Positions 28,724 to 41,533 of a stretch of 64,000 nt of DNA are shown piece after piece (the stretch's first letter is position 1; each line of letters starts with the position of its first letter). The stretch lies in the NCBI GenBank assembly GCA_013239625.1, contig MU053810.1, positions 3,442,071 through 3,506,070 of the forward strand. Direction: 5' to 3'. This DNA is from Lama guanicoe (Eukaryota). Both the position numbers and the translations under genes were made by a program. The notes under the pieces are model-generated. The model was not told where the DNA came from. It was given only the letters and a program-made list of their open reading frames with translations, and did no database searches.

Positions 28724-28758
28724 GTGTGTGTGTGTGTGTGTGTCTGTGTGTGTGTGTG
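28724..28758. repeat. (GT)n microsatellite, one interruption
   Basis: Seen directly. Confidence 0.95.
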
Positions 28759-30526
28759 TTATAAAGACATGAGCCAGAGTTTAGGACTGCATCTGATATT
28801 AGGTTAGTCTGATACAAATCACCCTGCTGATACTAGAAATAGGAAAAAAAATGCACATGACTTTACTACAAATTCCTTACATCTCTCTTTGACAGTCTAG
28901 TTAGGTCATTCTGTCCATTAAAAAAAAAAGTGTGTAGATAGTTCTTATAACCTGTGAGTTTCACATCAAGACAGTAAAGGAGATGACAATACATGTTCTA
29001 CAAAGACGGAGGTGTTGGATCTATCTGTGTTGAACATTCCTACTGCCAAGCGTTCGCTCACCGGCAAGTCCGTGCTGGGACCGCCCCTCCTGGAAAGTTA
29101 CATTATCATGGGAAGTCAGAAACTTACCAGGCAAGTCAAACAATTAAATAATTACCAGTTGTAAAACTGTGGTTATAAAGGAAACAACCAAGGGGTTTAT
29201 AAAGAATAGGGTTGGGAGGAGGTCTGTTTAGATATCAGGGTCAGGGAGGAATTCCCTGAGGGGTCCCGAGGAGGGAGAGCGTCCAAATGGGCTGCGAAGT
29301 GGCATTTTACATTCGAGGCACATCTCAAGTCCAACTGGCCACAGTTCACGTGTCCAACAGCCACAGCCCTGGCGGCTGTCATGCTGAATGACTGTGCAGA
29401 ACGATGAGACAGAAGTGGCTCTGAGATGCTAAAGGCTGAAGATGAGGAATGGGTTCATGGTTCATGGAGGTACAGTGCACTATTCTCTCTACTTCTGAAA
29501 AGTCCTAAAGTTTCCATTAATAGAAAGTTCTTTTTAAAACGCCCTCAAAAACATCTTTAGTTGTCAGTTTCCTGCAAATTATTTGCTTCCTTTAACTCAT
29601 ACCAAGCAATAACAGATCCTAAAAGCATCAGGAAAAAAATGAAGCTTTCTAATAAAGCTAAAATATAACTTCAAATCTCCATCAGTCACTATGGCAACAA
29701 AGTAGCCCTCTCACTGGAGTCTTAAGTAACAGCAACGATATGAAGATTAAAAGGAGGCTGAGTCTGTACCACTGTAGAGTCAAATATCTAAGGCCACTAA
29801 GGGCTCTTAAAAGAATCTAAAAATACTAAAACACACCCTGCCACTCTGGTTCTTTCAAATGAAAAGCTGACCAGTAATTATGTTAAAATAGATTTTACAG
29901 GGCCAGTTAAACTCCTCTGTTTTTCGCTCCTTTTAGACCAGTAGGAATAAACGATATAAAAAATTATATTCAATTTTAATTGTTTGATTTTATTTTTTAA
30001 ATGTCTTATTTTGTCACAAGTGCCTGAAAAACATCAGGTGCATCCTTTTCAGCCCTGCCAATCTCCTTTTCAACAACACATAAAGACTTATACTTCAATT
30101 TTTTTTAAATGGAAAAAAAAACAAAACCAATACATAAGAAATAAAATATAAGACCTCTGCAAAAAGCCAGTACAGGCTTACTTTCCCCAGAGGCATCCCA
30201 TCGGTTTTGACATCAACATACTCTGGGTGTGTGTGTATCTTCTATGCTCCCTCACAATGAATCCAAATGGAAGATAGGACACACTGAGATACATTTCTTA
30301 GTGGCTATTTCCAAAACTGTCTGCCTTTCTTTCACTCTCTTGCTCTATGGAAAGTTGTCTGTTCTCCCACTATAGACCATTATGCAGCTATTAAAAACAA
30401 TGTGCTCTGGATGTATTGTCCCGGAGAGGGGGTCTGCATTTAAAAGAACAAAACTGAAAACAAAACCTGGCAGTACTAGCTGCAGAGTTAAACATCAATG
30501 AATGAAATAACATATTTTAAATTTTT

Positions 30527-31860
30527 CTAAAAATCTTTCTGACCTTGGCTTAGGCAATCATTTCTTAGAAAATTCAACACCACAGGCAGAAGCAACAACA
30601 ACAAGAAGTAGATAAACTGGACTACATCAAAGGTGAAAACATTAATGCTGTGAAGAGAAGCTATCAAGAAAGTGAAAGAAAACCCACAAAATGCGAGACA
30701 AGATTTGCAAAGTACATTTCTGGTAATGGACTTGCATCTGGAAGAATTCTTACAACTCAATAATAAACAGACAACCTAATTTAAAAATGGAGGGGGCAGG
30801 GGGTGGGAAGGGACAGACTGGGATTTCAAAATGCAGAACAGGTAAACAAGATGATACTGTATAGCACGGGGAAATATATACAAGATCTTATGGTAACTCA
30901 CAGAGAAAAAAATGTGACAATGAATATATATATGTTCATGTACAACTGAAAAATTGTGCTCTACACTGGAATTTGACACAACATTGTGAAATGATTATAA
31001 ATCAATAAAAAATGATAAAAAAAAAGGAATATTAACCAACCAAAAAAAAAAAGGGCAAAATACCTGAATAAAGATTTCTCAAAAAAAGTTATAAAAATGG
31101 CCGATAAGCGTATCAAAAGGTGCTCAGCATCATTAGCGATTAAGAAAAGGTAAATCAAAACTACAGTGAGATACCACTGTACACCCACTAGAACGGCTAT
31201 AATCAGAAAGACGATATTAAGTGTTGGCAAGGGTGCAGTGAATAGAAACTTCCTACACTGGTGGTAAGAATGCAAAAAGACAGAACTGCTTTGGAAAACA
31301 GTTTGGCAATTCCTCAGAAAGTTGAACAGAGTTACTGGCATGACTGAAGAATTCTGCTCCTAGGTATATGCCCCAGAAAAATAAAAAAGGATGTCCACAC
31401 AGAAACTTGTAGATGACATTCGTTCATAGCAGTATTATTCGTAATAGCCAAAACATGGAAGCAATCCAAGTATCTATCAATTGATGAATGGATAAATAAC
31501 GTGTGGTCTATCCATACAACAGAATATTATTGGACAAGAAGAAGGAATGAAGTACTGCTAAAGCTACAACGTAGATGAACCTTGAAAACGTTCTGCTCAG
31601 TGAAAGAAGTCAGTCACAAAAGGCCACAGAGAAATCTACAGACACAGGAAGTAGATTCATGGTTGCCTAGGGCTGGGAGTGGGTGTTGGGAGGGAGATGA
31701 GGTTTGGTTTCTTCTACAGGGAACAACAATGTTCTCAAATTAGACCGTGATAATGGTTACAGAATCCTGTGAATATGCTAAAAGACAGTGAATTGTACAT
31801 TTGTATGGTACACAAATTATAGCTCGATAAAGCTGTTTAAAAAAAGACTGCTTTAAAAAA
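30527..31860 (+). mobile_element. Older LINE-1 (L1MB-like) ORF2 3' part + 3'UTR, interrupted by a younger L1 fragment
   Basis: GACCTTGGCTTAGGCAA, GGACTACATCAAA, AGATACCACTGTACACCCACTAGAA, GATGAACCTTGAAAAC, with frameshifts and stops. Confidence 0.88.
30791..31040 (+). mobile_element. Young L1 3'-UTR fragment nested in the older L1
   Basis: GGGTGGGAAGGGACAGACTGGGA...CTACACTGGAATTTGACACAACATTGT..AATAAA-poly(A). The host L1 resumes at GGGCAAAA. Confidence 0.88.
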
Positions 31861-31985
31861 AATTCCCTAACTAGCAAATTTAGAAATAGAAAATGAAGCC
31901 CTTGTAGTAAATATCTTTGAATTACTTGAATTTTTCATAATCCACTTAAATAGTTTGCTGTGGCCATTAAAAATCATGTTTTTCA

Positions 31986-32252
31986 GAAACAGACTCCGCC
32001 TTGTGGTTGCCGGAGGGTAGGGGGTGGGAAGGGACAGACGGGAGTTCAAGATTTGTAGATACTGACAGGTATATATAGAATAGATAAACAAGCTTATACT
32101 GTATAGCACAGGGAAATATATTCAAGATTTTGTAGTAGCTCATGGTGAAAAAGAATATGAAAATGAGTATATGTAGACTCATGTATGACTGAAAAATTAT
32201 GCTGTACACCAGAAATTGACACAACATTGTAAACTGACTACAGCTCAATAAA
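31986..32252 (+). mobile_element. Young L1 3'-UTR fragment with perfect 17-bp TSD
   Basis: Same 3'UTR family as 9345-9867 and 30791-31040. AAAAATCATGTTTTTCA at both 31969-31985 and 32253-32269. Confidence 0.92.
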
Positions 32253-32504
32253 AAAAATCATGTTTTTCAAGTATATTTAATGATGGTATAAATATTGCAC
32301 AAATAAGGCAGAGGACAAAACTACATAAACTATAATGTCATAAAATAAGAATTTATTTGTTAAAAAAAAGCTGGAACTAATACAGATTTTCTCTAAATAG
32401 CAGGATTGTGAGTAATTTAAATATTGTGCTGTACAATTATCTATCCCTTTAAGTTTTCTCCAATAAACATGCATTATTTTTACAATCATAAAAATAATCA
32501 TTTA

Positions 32505-32650
32505 GGAAGAGAGTATAGCTCAAGTGGTAGAGCGCATGCTAAGCATGCATGAGGTCCTGAGTTCAATCCCCAGTACCTCCTCTAAAAATAAAGGAATAAA
32601 TAAATCTAAATACGCCCCCCCCAAAAAAACCCCAAAACAAGAACAAAAAC
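32505..32650 (+). mobile_element. tRNA-Ala-derived camelid SINE (Vic-1-like), long-tail form
   Basis: GTATAGCTCAAGTGGTAGAGCGCATGCTAAGCATGCATGAGGTCCTGAGTTCAATCCCCAGTACCTCC resembles tRNA-Ala(AGC). A-rich tail. TSD AAAATAA(T/C)CATTTA at 32491-32504 and 32651-32664. Confidence 0.93.
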
Positions 32651-32804
32651 AAAATAACCATTTAACTTTTCAGATGATCCACATGCACCAGGAACTCAAG
32701 CATGCAACTGTACTGTTATTTAACTGGAGTCCTTTATTCTATTCACATCATGTATTACAAAATATTTTTTCCCTCTCATCTTTTATGGTAGAAAGTCACA
32801 CACA

Positions 32805-33210
32805 TCCCCCAGCTTTTTCCATTGGATAATACTGCATAACAAAGCACTCCACAATGGAATGGTTGAAAACCATCACCTTTTTATTGGCTCACAACTTCAA
32901 GGGTCAAGGATTTGAGAAGGGCTCAGCTCAGTTCTCCAAGATGACCCCGCTCTTGCCCTCTGGGTCGTGGGGATGGCTGCCAGCTGGAGCACCCTTCCTG
33001 TCTTCCACATCCCTTCTCATCCCCGGAGGGTCCAGCTCAAGCCCCTTTTACCTGGTGGCTGGTTGCCAAGAGGGCAAAATTGAACTGCAAGGAGGCCTGT
33101 GCCTGAAGGTCCAGAGCACGTCCCATGGGTCACAGCAAGTCAGAGGGGCCAGCCCAGACTCAAAGGGAAGAGGGGCAGACCACCTCCAGAGGAGAGCAGC
33201 AGTGCGTGCA
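32805..33210 (-). mobile_element. MaLR (MLT1-type) LTR remnant
   Basis: CTGCATAACAAAGCACTCCA..TTTATTGGCTCAC..AAGGGCTCAGCT and GGCCAGCCCAGACTCAAAGGG motifs. Confidence 0.65.
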
Positions 33211-33524
33211 GGCACGAGTGGGGGGGGAGCTGCAGACGGTCTGGAGACATGCACCCGGAAGGAAGCAGCTTCCAGTAGAGTGAGCCCTTGGTGGCAGAGA
33301 TAGATACACAACAGATCCACTTTGTGCTGGGTGAAAGGCTCTCATTCGGCCCCTCTTTTCTACTGTTCTTCCAAAACAAGAGATTCACTCCACTGAGAAC
33401 ATGCCAGCCCCTTTATTGAATAAAAATCACATTCCTTTTGCTAAAACTTTACTATTAAAAAACAAAATCCCAGAAAAGAAGGGGGGAAAATGCTAATTTA
33501 TGATCTGAGTAATATTCAGCTACA

Positions 33525-33836
33525 GCAGGGATATTCAGCAGGTGTCCTAGGCTTTGTGGGCCACGTGGTGTCTGTCACGGCTAGTCAGCTCTGTAATACC
33601 ACAGCAGCCACAGGCCACATGCAGACAGAATGAGTGGAGCTATGCGCCAGTGACACTTACTTAGGGACACTGAAATTCGCATGTCATCTAATTTTCACCT
33701 GTCACAAAACAGTCTTTTAATTTTTTTTTTAAAATCATTCTTAGCTTGTATGCAAAAACCATGCCTAATTCAAGGGCCCTAGAGAAACAGACAGTGGGCC
33801 AGGTCTGGCCCACAGGCTACAGTTTGCCAATCCCTG
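33525..33836. mobile_element. MER58-like hAT-Charlie MITE
   Basis: TAGGCTTTGTGGGCCAC, GCAGCCACAG, GGACACTGAAATT, terminal GGCCCACAGGCTACAGTTTGCCAATCCCTG. Confidence 0.8.
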
Positions 33837-34255
33837 TGCGAGAGTTAATTCAAAATATATAATAAAAATGCTCAAAGAGGAAATACTCTGCTGAGGACCA
33901 TATACACCCAACCACATACACTTCCTGTGTGGAACGTTCAACCTGTACCTACTGAATCTTTCACTGCCCTCAAATTGCTCTACTTAAGAGCCATTTTACC
34001 TTCTGTTCAACTTTTCTCATTACTTCAACTCTTAATTTCTTTTACCTTATTGTGTTGCTAACAACAGTAAGGCCTGTTCATTTCCTTTGCCAGGAAATAA
34101 TTACAGCCTTCAAACCTCAAGGAAGCACACTTCACCTCTATTTAGCAGAAAATGCTTGTGATCTAAAAACGACAAAACTATCCAATTCTGGTCATTTTAT
34201 TCCTAGTATAGTTTTGTTTAACTGATTAAAAAAAACAAACAAACAAACAGCGGTA

Positions 34256-34355
34256 GGGGGAGGTGGATAAAACTCAGCGGCAGAGCGCATGCTTAGCATG
34301 CCCAAGGTCCTGGGTTCAATCCCCAGCACCTCCATGAAATTAAAAAATAATAAAA
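34256..34355 (+). mobile_element. tRNA-Ala-derived camelid SINE, short form
   Basis: CTCAGCGGCAGAGCGCATGCTTAGCATGCCCAAGGTCCTGGGTTCAATCCCCAGCACCTCCA plus A-rich tail. Confidence 0.9.
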
Positions 34356-37278
34356 TTAAGTGTTGCTGCAAAAGAAAAAAGAATTTACGAAACAGTGGTG
34401 ATCACATTAACAGTATTCACAAACCAAATAAAAAAGTGTAGGCAAGTAAACTCTTGTCAGTTTAGCTAAAAACATACAAAAGGAACAAACAACACTATTG
34501 GGGGTGGGGGTGGCAGCAGGACCAAGCTGTTATGTACAAACAGAACGACAGCCAGCCTCTACAATAGTAAGAGTGTCTGCTCTGACAGTAAACCTGCCTG
34601 ATTTGTGAACTTCAGATCTGAATTTGGCTCTGAGTCTTTACTCAGGGAGGGACGGCTATAACCTGACGTTAGCAAGGGTCAACATTTCGCATTAACCCTT
34701 GTCTGGAACACTTGGCATTCTCACCAGGCATCTGAAGAGACACAGATGGTCCAGTAATCTTTAAATACTCATCATCTGCCTCTGAAAATGCTGGCATTAC
34801 CCCCGACCCAGGAAACGAACCGTGTGCAACCGTCTACAATGTTACCTGTGGTCCTTTTTTCACACAAGACTGATTTTTTTGATCCTCCTGCCTTTTTTTG
34901 GCCTAGCAGAGGCCATCTCTGATACAAAAAAAAAAAGCTTATTTTACATTAATTGTACAGTACAAATAAAAATAAGGAAACTTTATAGTGGGTCAAGTCA
35001 ATAAACTTAACCCGTTCAATCCCTAGCGTCTCACCAGGGAAGCTGTGGGATGACAGATGACTCTCTATACCTCAACCCTCCAGAGTGATGCTAATACAGG
35101 GTCAAGGCTTTCCTTTACGATCTTGATACTATTCACATTTTACATTTTTCCTTCATGATGTATAGTGTGCCATCACATTTTAAGTCACTGTAGAGAGGCT
35201 CCACACTTGGAGCACTCTCATCCTGAGTTTCCCAAACACAGAGGAGGGACTAGCGCCTGAGACCTGAGTTATAGCTGTGTTTGTACCCCCCCGGCCCCAT
35301 CCCTCCCACCCCGATCCCTTCCAGGGGCAACTCGGGCCAGCTGGCTCTCTGAGCTGTTCTCTCGTCTGCCAAATGTGAGTGATGACCTGTGCCCTCTGGC
35401 CTCTGAGCGCTGTGTAAAGGTCACACCAGTGACAGAGGTACAACTGCTCTGTAAACGGTCAAGCAGAGGCTATTTGCTGTTATCATCAACCTTCCTTCTC
35501 CAGCACCAACAACTGTCTTTTGTTCGGTTCTGTAGGTTCTGGTAAAGAAGTCCATTTAGCCGATGTTTTTGTTTTGGTTTTTTATCACAGCTTCATCTTT
35601 CGAGACTGAGGAGTCCTTTCAGATCTTAACTTCTTCCTGGGGTTTGGCACGTCTTTCAGCTGCTCCCCTTAACCCCTTCCCAGCTCTAGGGTCACTCTCC
35701 CACCAAACAGCAACGGCGCATGTGCACGACTCAAAGCAGAAGGTCCTGCAATGTAACTGTCCAGGAACTGGCCAGCACTGAGCCTCTCTGTCATCACATC
35801 ATCCAAACACCCACCAGAAACAGCCTGAATGATTCTGTTCTGAAAGACTATTAAGTCTGGACCCCAATACTTTCTACGAATAACACAGACTCTTTTTTGG
35901 TGTGGTTTCTAAATGCACCATTTTACATTTTTCTGTACCCAACGTAGTAAGTACAGTGACTCACCCTGTCCTGCGTGTTCAGATCTGTGCCAGATCGTCT
36001 TTCACTTTACCATTGGTTTGCTGTTTTCCTATCTGTAAATGCTTGCCATCAAAATGTAAATTTAGACAATTCAAAGACATCACTGCCTGGGTCTTTTATT
36101 AAAATTCAGCATCAACGTCTGTGGTATTAACAGTCAACACTAAGTACAATTTGTCCCCATCCCTTGTTCCTTCTCTCATAGTTGGTCCCTCTGCTTCTTT
36201 TGCCAAAGAAAGTTGTCAAAAAACTGTCAAAGTTTATCTCTCTGTGCCCCCCCCAACCAAAGCTTACATCTAGTGTGTGTTTACCATTATTCTTTGAACT
36301 GTACTTGTGTCATTATATTCTTTTGTGTACATATACTTATAATAAAAAATATATACCTACCAGCTCGCCTTACCCTCTTAAAGATATTTCCTACCTCAAA
36401 AAAAAAAAACTATATTAGTAAAACATCATTTATGTCTATCAGAAAACTGGAAGCTCCCTCCCAATACACAGCATCAGCTCGAGCTCCATTATCAAAGGGA
36501 TCCCTGGTCCATGGGATACCACAGTCACCTTGGGCATCATCCTTGGAAGCAGAGTCACCTGCTGAAAACAGTTACCATGCTTCAGGCAGATAGCAAAGTG
36601 AGCATTTGTAAAGTACCCTCAAGTTCTTTGAAAACTTCTGGGAAAAAGCCCAGTCTATTACTGCCGTTTCCTAGCATTGCACCACCCTGCCAAATCATTT
36701 CGAGTTGTGCTCTGCTGGGTCCTTATAGCATTTCTTAATGCCCATCTTGCTCACAGCTGTTTCTCTTTCGCTCGCCACGCACAGCTGCTTCCCTTCTCGT
36801 ATTGTTGGCTGTTTCGGCAAATGTCCAGCCTAGTAAAACACTGGGTTAGCTAGCATTATTTTCACGCTTGTGCGACAGACGCAAAGAAGAAAAAAATCTT
36901 CGTTACTGTTGACAGTCTTGTCCATTAGTGACAACTACGGCAGACAGGCCATGTTTTTCTTTTTTTTTCCTGGAATTCTAAGGTTTACATTTTCAATAGA
37001 ATTTTTATTCTTAAAATGGTTCTGCTTTAATCTGAGAGGATTTAAAGATGTGTTCAATTGATTTTCTTTGCTTTACCTAATGATTTTCATAGTTAGTACT
37101 GGGTCAAGTACTTAGTGTTGAACAGGCTAGGACGTCCTAGTAAATCTTTACTTCTCTGAATCATAATGTCAACTGTAACAAGTTTCAGAAGAAAGGTGAG
37201 TCACTAAAATAAAATTCTCCTTGTGAATTTTTGGCCATGATTCAGATTCAAAGTCTCAGGGTCAAGAAAGCTAAAGGC

Positions 37279-37453
37279 AGTACAAACTACAATATATAAA
37301 ATAAATAAGCTACAAGCATATATTGCATAGTGCAGGGAATACAGCCAAATTTTATAACTTTAAATGGAGTATAATTTCTAAAAGCGTTCAATCACCATGT
37401 TGTACATCTGAGACTAATATAATATTATAAGTTAACTGCACTTCAATTTAAAA
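37279..37453 (+). mobile_element. L1 3' end fragment (artiodactyl/L1MA-type) with TSD
   Basis: GCAGGGAATACAGCCAA..ATGGAGTATAA..TGTTGTACATCTGAGACTAATATAATATT..CTTCAATT-A tail. TSD AAGAAAG(C/T)TAAA(G/A)GC at 37264-37278 and 37454-37468. Confidence 0.85.
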
Positions 37454-39374
37454 AAGAAAGTTAAAAGCTACCTAATCGTATCACCCACTTCGCTCTGGCA
37501 CTCCTGGCCAAGGGGGCTTTAGGGGGCTTGTCAATTCCAGTCACCCACACATTGGTAGCTGGGCAATGCTCAGACAGCAACTGTGTTCCTGGTCATTTGA
37601 CACCAATAATAATCATAGCTTTGTAATAATTCACTTTTTATATGTGAATGTGAGTATCTCTTTGTATATCTTTGCCTCTCGCTTTGATATCCATTCTTGA
37701 CTGAGGGGTAGGGATGGGCTTAGAGCTGGTGGGTCAGGATGCTGCCCAAACCCAATTCTGCCTGCCTGCAGGAGTTGCTCTGCTTGGGAATGTTTATCCA
37801 TCTTGTCTACCACCATGGAGAAAAAAAAAAAAAAAGTCTGAAACATGCTGACCCAGCAACCGAGTCGGATAATTTCAGGAACAGGAAACTCATTATTCCC
37901 GGGCAGCTGACTTCATCCCTGGACAACCTGAACTCCTAGACAGCGGTTCTTATCTACCCAAGGGAATTAATCTCCCAGTCATTCCCACCTATTCCATCTT
38001 AATCAAACCCCACCAAGGAATTGAGGGAGAAGACACTGAACCCCTGGGTTCCTTTCAGAGACCTCAGGAGTGATATAAATGGGTGTTGAAAAGACTGTTC
38101 TCTTCCTGGCAGCTACTCTAGATTACGGAGCCAATGAATAATTGAAGCAAGCAAGCTCTTCTTTCTGTTTTAACCTAGGAATAAAGGCGAGCGTGGCAAC
38201 AAGCAGGTCAGCATCATTTCAAAGGTTTAAATCTGAAAATGAATACGGTTCGCACTTCATTAGAGATGAGCAAAGGGCCCACCAAAATGGAAACAATGTG
38301 AAACACCTTCAAAGAAGAAAATTTTCTGACTACATTAAGGAAGCCTTGGGAATAGAAAAAGTTGAAGTTGATAGCGTAACACAAACGAGTTACAATACAG
38401 TAGCAAAAGAGAACAGGATTCTGTACAGACTGAAAATGAAGGACAGTATCTAACAAACCTGTTCCCAGCCTCGATATCAAGCACAGAGGTGAGGACCACC
38501 TTATAGAATTTACCTGAGTGTTTATTCCATATGGTGGGAAGGTGCACGGTCTCTCAAGGTGTGAAAAGTTTTACTCCCAAAAGCTGAGGCATTCCAGCTC
38601 CATTCAGCTCCCTACATTTGTGCATACCCAGAGCGAAAGATCTGGGCTTGTTATAATGCATCACACATCTCGAAATAATCAGTTATAGTCTAGACTTAGA
38701 TTCAAGAAAGGAGTCAATGACAGATTGATCTATATGCCTGTCAATAGCTTGAAAGACACCGACCCGCCCTTTTCCTCTTTCCGGGCATGCTTTTCCTCCA
38801 GGAGAGTTCACAGAGCGGGGCTTGCTGGAACTGCTCAGGGAGGACCCCCTTGAGGTCTGGGTCTTCCCTCCACCCCATTTCTCCAGGCTGCCCCTCCCAG
38901 AGCCTTTCCCCTTTGACACACCTAAAAACGTTAACAAGCCAACAGGTCTGCAAATTCACTAATTCCTCAGGTGAAACAGACACAAGCATTTCTCTGGAAA
39001 CACCATGGAAGGAATAATCTGGCTTTGGCTCATGAAGGCATGACCTTGGGAAAAGTGGCCCTCACGGGCCGCGAACAAAGCATGGCCACCGCAAGCGCAT
39101 GGAGCTGGCACAACACCCCGCAGGGCCTTCACTGACGGCTCAAGCTTTTCTTCAGCAAAGCTTTCATGTCAAAAAAGATGGATGGATCGCTCTAAGGACA
39201 TCCTTGAACAAGGCCAGAATTTGCTTACTACTCTTTTTGGACACTTGAACTCTGAAGAAGGGAAAAAAGGAGTCTTGTAATGGCTTATCCCAAGAAAATA
39301 TTTTATCCTAATTGTTTCTTTAAAGGTGTATTAATCTTGATCTTATTAGTATTATATCAACAGCAGTGGAAAAA

Positions 39375-39635
39375 TTATCATAATAATGCAAAGAGTAGCC
39401 AGCACCAGGCGCTGCCCTAGGGGTTTTGTGTGTACACACTGAATCTGCCAAACTACCTTCTTCTGGGGGGTGAGGGTGAGGAGAATGACCCTGTGAGCTG
39501 GGTGCTGGTACTATCCCCCTACCCCACTGTACAAATAACAAACGAGGAAACTGAGGCACAGAGAGATTAATCAACTGGCCCAAGATCCCAAAGCTATTAA
39601 GTGGTGGGGACAGGCTTTGAACTCAGTCTTGCTCT
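39375..39635 (-). mobile_element. MIR SINE
   Basis: GAGGAAACTGAGGCACAGAGAGATTAATCAACTGGCCCAAGATC core. Confidence 0.85.
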
Positions 39636-39924
39636 TAAGTCTGAACTCATGGGCACTTACAGGACTGTCTCTCGTAAGTCCTCAATACAGGGTCAGGTCC
39701 TGTTTATATCATTAGGGTACCCCCTCCTTGGAAATCATTCAACTCCTCAGATTTCCTCAGATTTTCTACCATCTTACTGTGTATGCCACACACTGGAAGA
39801 TTTTAAATACAATCTTGAAAGATTTTCATTTCTCCTCTTGTGGAAGAGTGATACAGAACTAAAGTTATCTCCTCTTTCAAGAGAATGTTTCTTCAGTGAG
39901 CACAAACACAGAAGAGGAGAAAAA

Positions 39925-40150
39925 ATGAACATTTACTGAGAGCACTACGACTATTATTAATACTGCCAGATGCTTTTATATTCTTTATCTCATTTTGTAC
40001 TCATTAACAACATGGCAAGAAAAACATCAACTCCATTTTATGGATGAGAAAACTGGAGCTGGAATGGATAAATAACGTGTCCGAGGCAAAGAGAAGGGCC
40101 AGAATCTGAAACAGTCTGGTTCCAATGCCAGCCCTTCATTTATTATGCAA
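39925..40150 (-). mobile_element. MIR SINE
   Basis: AACATTTACTGAG..CCATTTTATGGATGAGAAAACTGGAG core. Confidence 0.7.
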
Positions 40151-41443
40151 TGTTGCCTTGACTGTAAAATCAATATATATGTGTATTTCCTCTAAACAAG
40201 AAAAAAACTAACAAAGACAAACATGCAACCACAAGAGCAGCGAGTACAAACTGGCTGCGGGGCACCGGAGCAAACATCTCCACCACTCGCCCCCTTGCCC
40301 AGCACTCGCTCCACGCTCAAGGATGAAAGTGTCCTTAACCTTCAGGCACACATCATCTTATGGGTCCCCAAGGAACACCCTGGGGGAGGCAGAAGAGGGG
40401 GTGGAATTCACAGACTACAAATCAGAAAACTGAGTAGCTTTGGGGAAGCCTGAAGAAATGCCAGAGGCTCAGAAGACGCTTAAGATGCTGTTGTTCTGTG
40501 TCTGTGCCAGAGGAGAGCAGCTGTCCACACCGTCCACGCATGACAGTCCCTGTTTACTAGGAGTGGTCAGGCTGGTGGCTATGATTCAGCCAAACCCAGA
40601 GGTCTTTCCCTGGCCATCCTGCCCTTAGCCCGGCTAGATCAGGCTGGCACCCTCCTCCGTCCTTCTCACCCTCCATCCAGCACTGTCTCCCAGGACATTA
40701 GAGGTCAAAAACCTGCAGTGCTTTTCTGGATCCATCACTTTTCTCGTCATATCTGGTATGACGGAGCCCCAGGTTTCTTCTTATTCTCTTGAACCCTCTC
40801 CTCCTTCTCAGGGTTACCGATTTCCATACCAGTGTATTTCTTTGTAAATGCACCGTCACAGCAGAAAGAGAATGTTGGGTTTTTATCTCCACCGGAAGTA
40901 CTCATAGAACTTTTTGATTACAGAGTTTTAAGAATTTCTTTCTCCTTATTTTTCATTATCAAATATAAGCCCTTACACCATCACTTGTGCAAAATAGAAG
41001 CACTCTGACACTTAGAACTGTTCCTTATTTATGTGCGCCTGACTGACTCGATGTCACAGAAGATGAGGCGGCTTGTCCATTATTGTGACAGTTGGATGTC
41101 ATTTCCTGTGTTTTCACTTGTGAGCTCCTGACAGAAAGGAAACCTGCTCTCAGCAAGTACCAAGACCGCAAGGCTTCCGTAAGTGACTTTCAAGAACAAA
41201 CTTTAAAGCAGCACAACTCTGTCTCAAAAATGAGCTTTCTTAATAACATTTGTAATAATTACTGAAGAGGAAGAGCTGCTGAAAGCATTTTAGAACTAGA
41301 GTGAAGACTAAATCCCTTGTTGTTGTCAATCTGGACCACGTAGGTATCAGAAACCTATCAGTTTCTTAGGCAACCGAAAATAATCTAAAATCTACACCAG
41401 AGCACTTGAGAAACAGCTCAACAGAGGGTAGAGTATGCTTCCC

Positions 41444-41533
41444 TTTTTTTTTCCTGGCAGAGGTGCTGGGGATTGAACCCAGGACCCTGTGCACACTAAG
41501 CATATGCTCTACCACTGAGCTATACTCATCCCC
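41444..41533 (-). mobile_element. tRNA-Ala-derived camelid SINE, short form
   Basis: Reverse complement GGGGATGAGTATAGCTCAGTGGTAGAGCATATGCTTAGTGTGCACAGGGTCCTGGGTTCAATCCCCAGCACCTC plus A tail. Flanking TA(T/C)GCTTC direct repeat. Confidence 0.92.

Noticed and set aside
29128..29166. 39-nt minus-strand cassette exon (acceptor ..ACCACAG, donor CTG|GTAAGT) with an in-frame stop
   Set aside because: Very AT-rich, and such site pairs occur by chance in a 60-kb intron. No independent support.
32505..32580. tRNA-Ala gene (also 34256, 41444, 12600)
   Set aside because: Disrupted acceptor stems, A-rich tails and TSDs indicate SINEs rather than functional tRNA genes.
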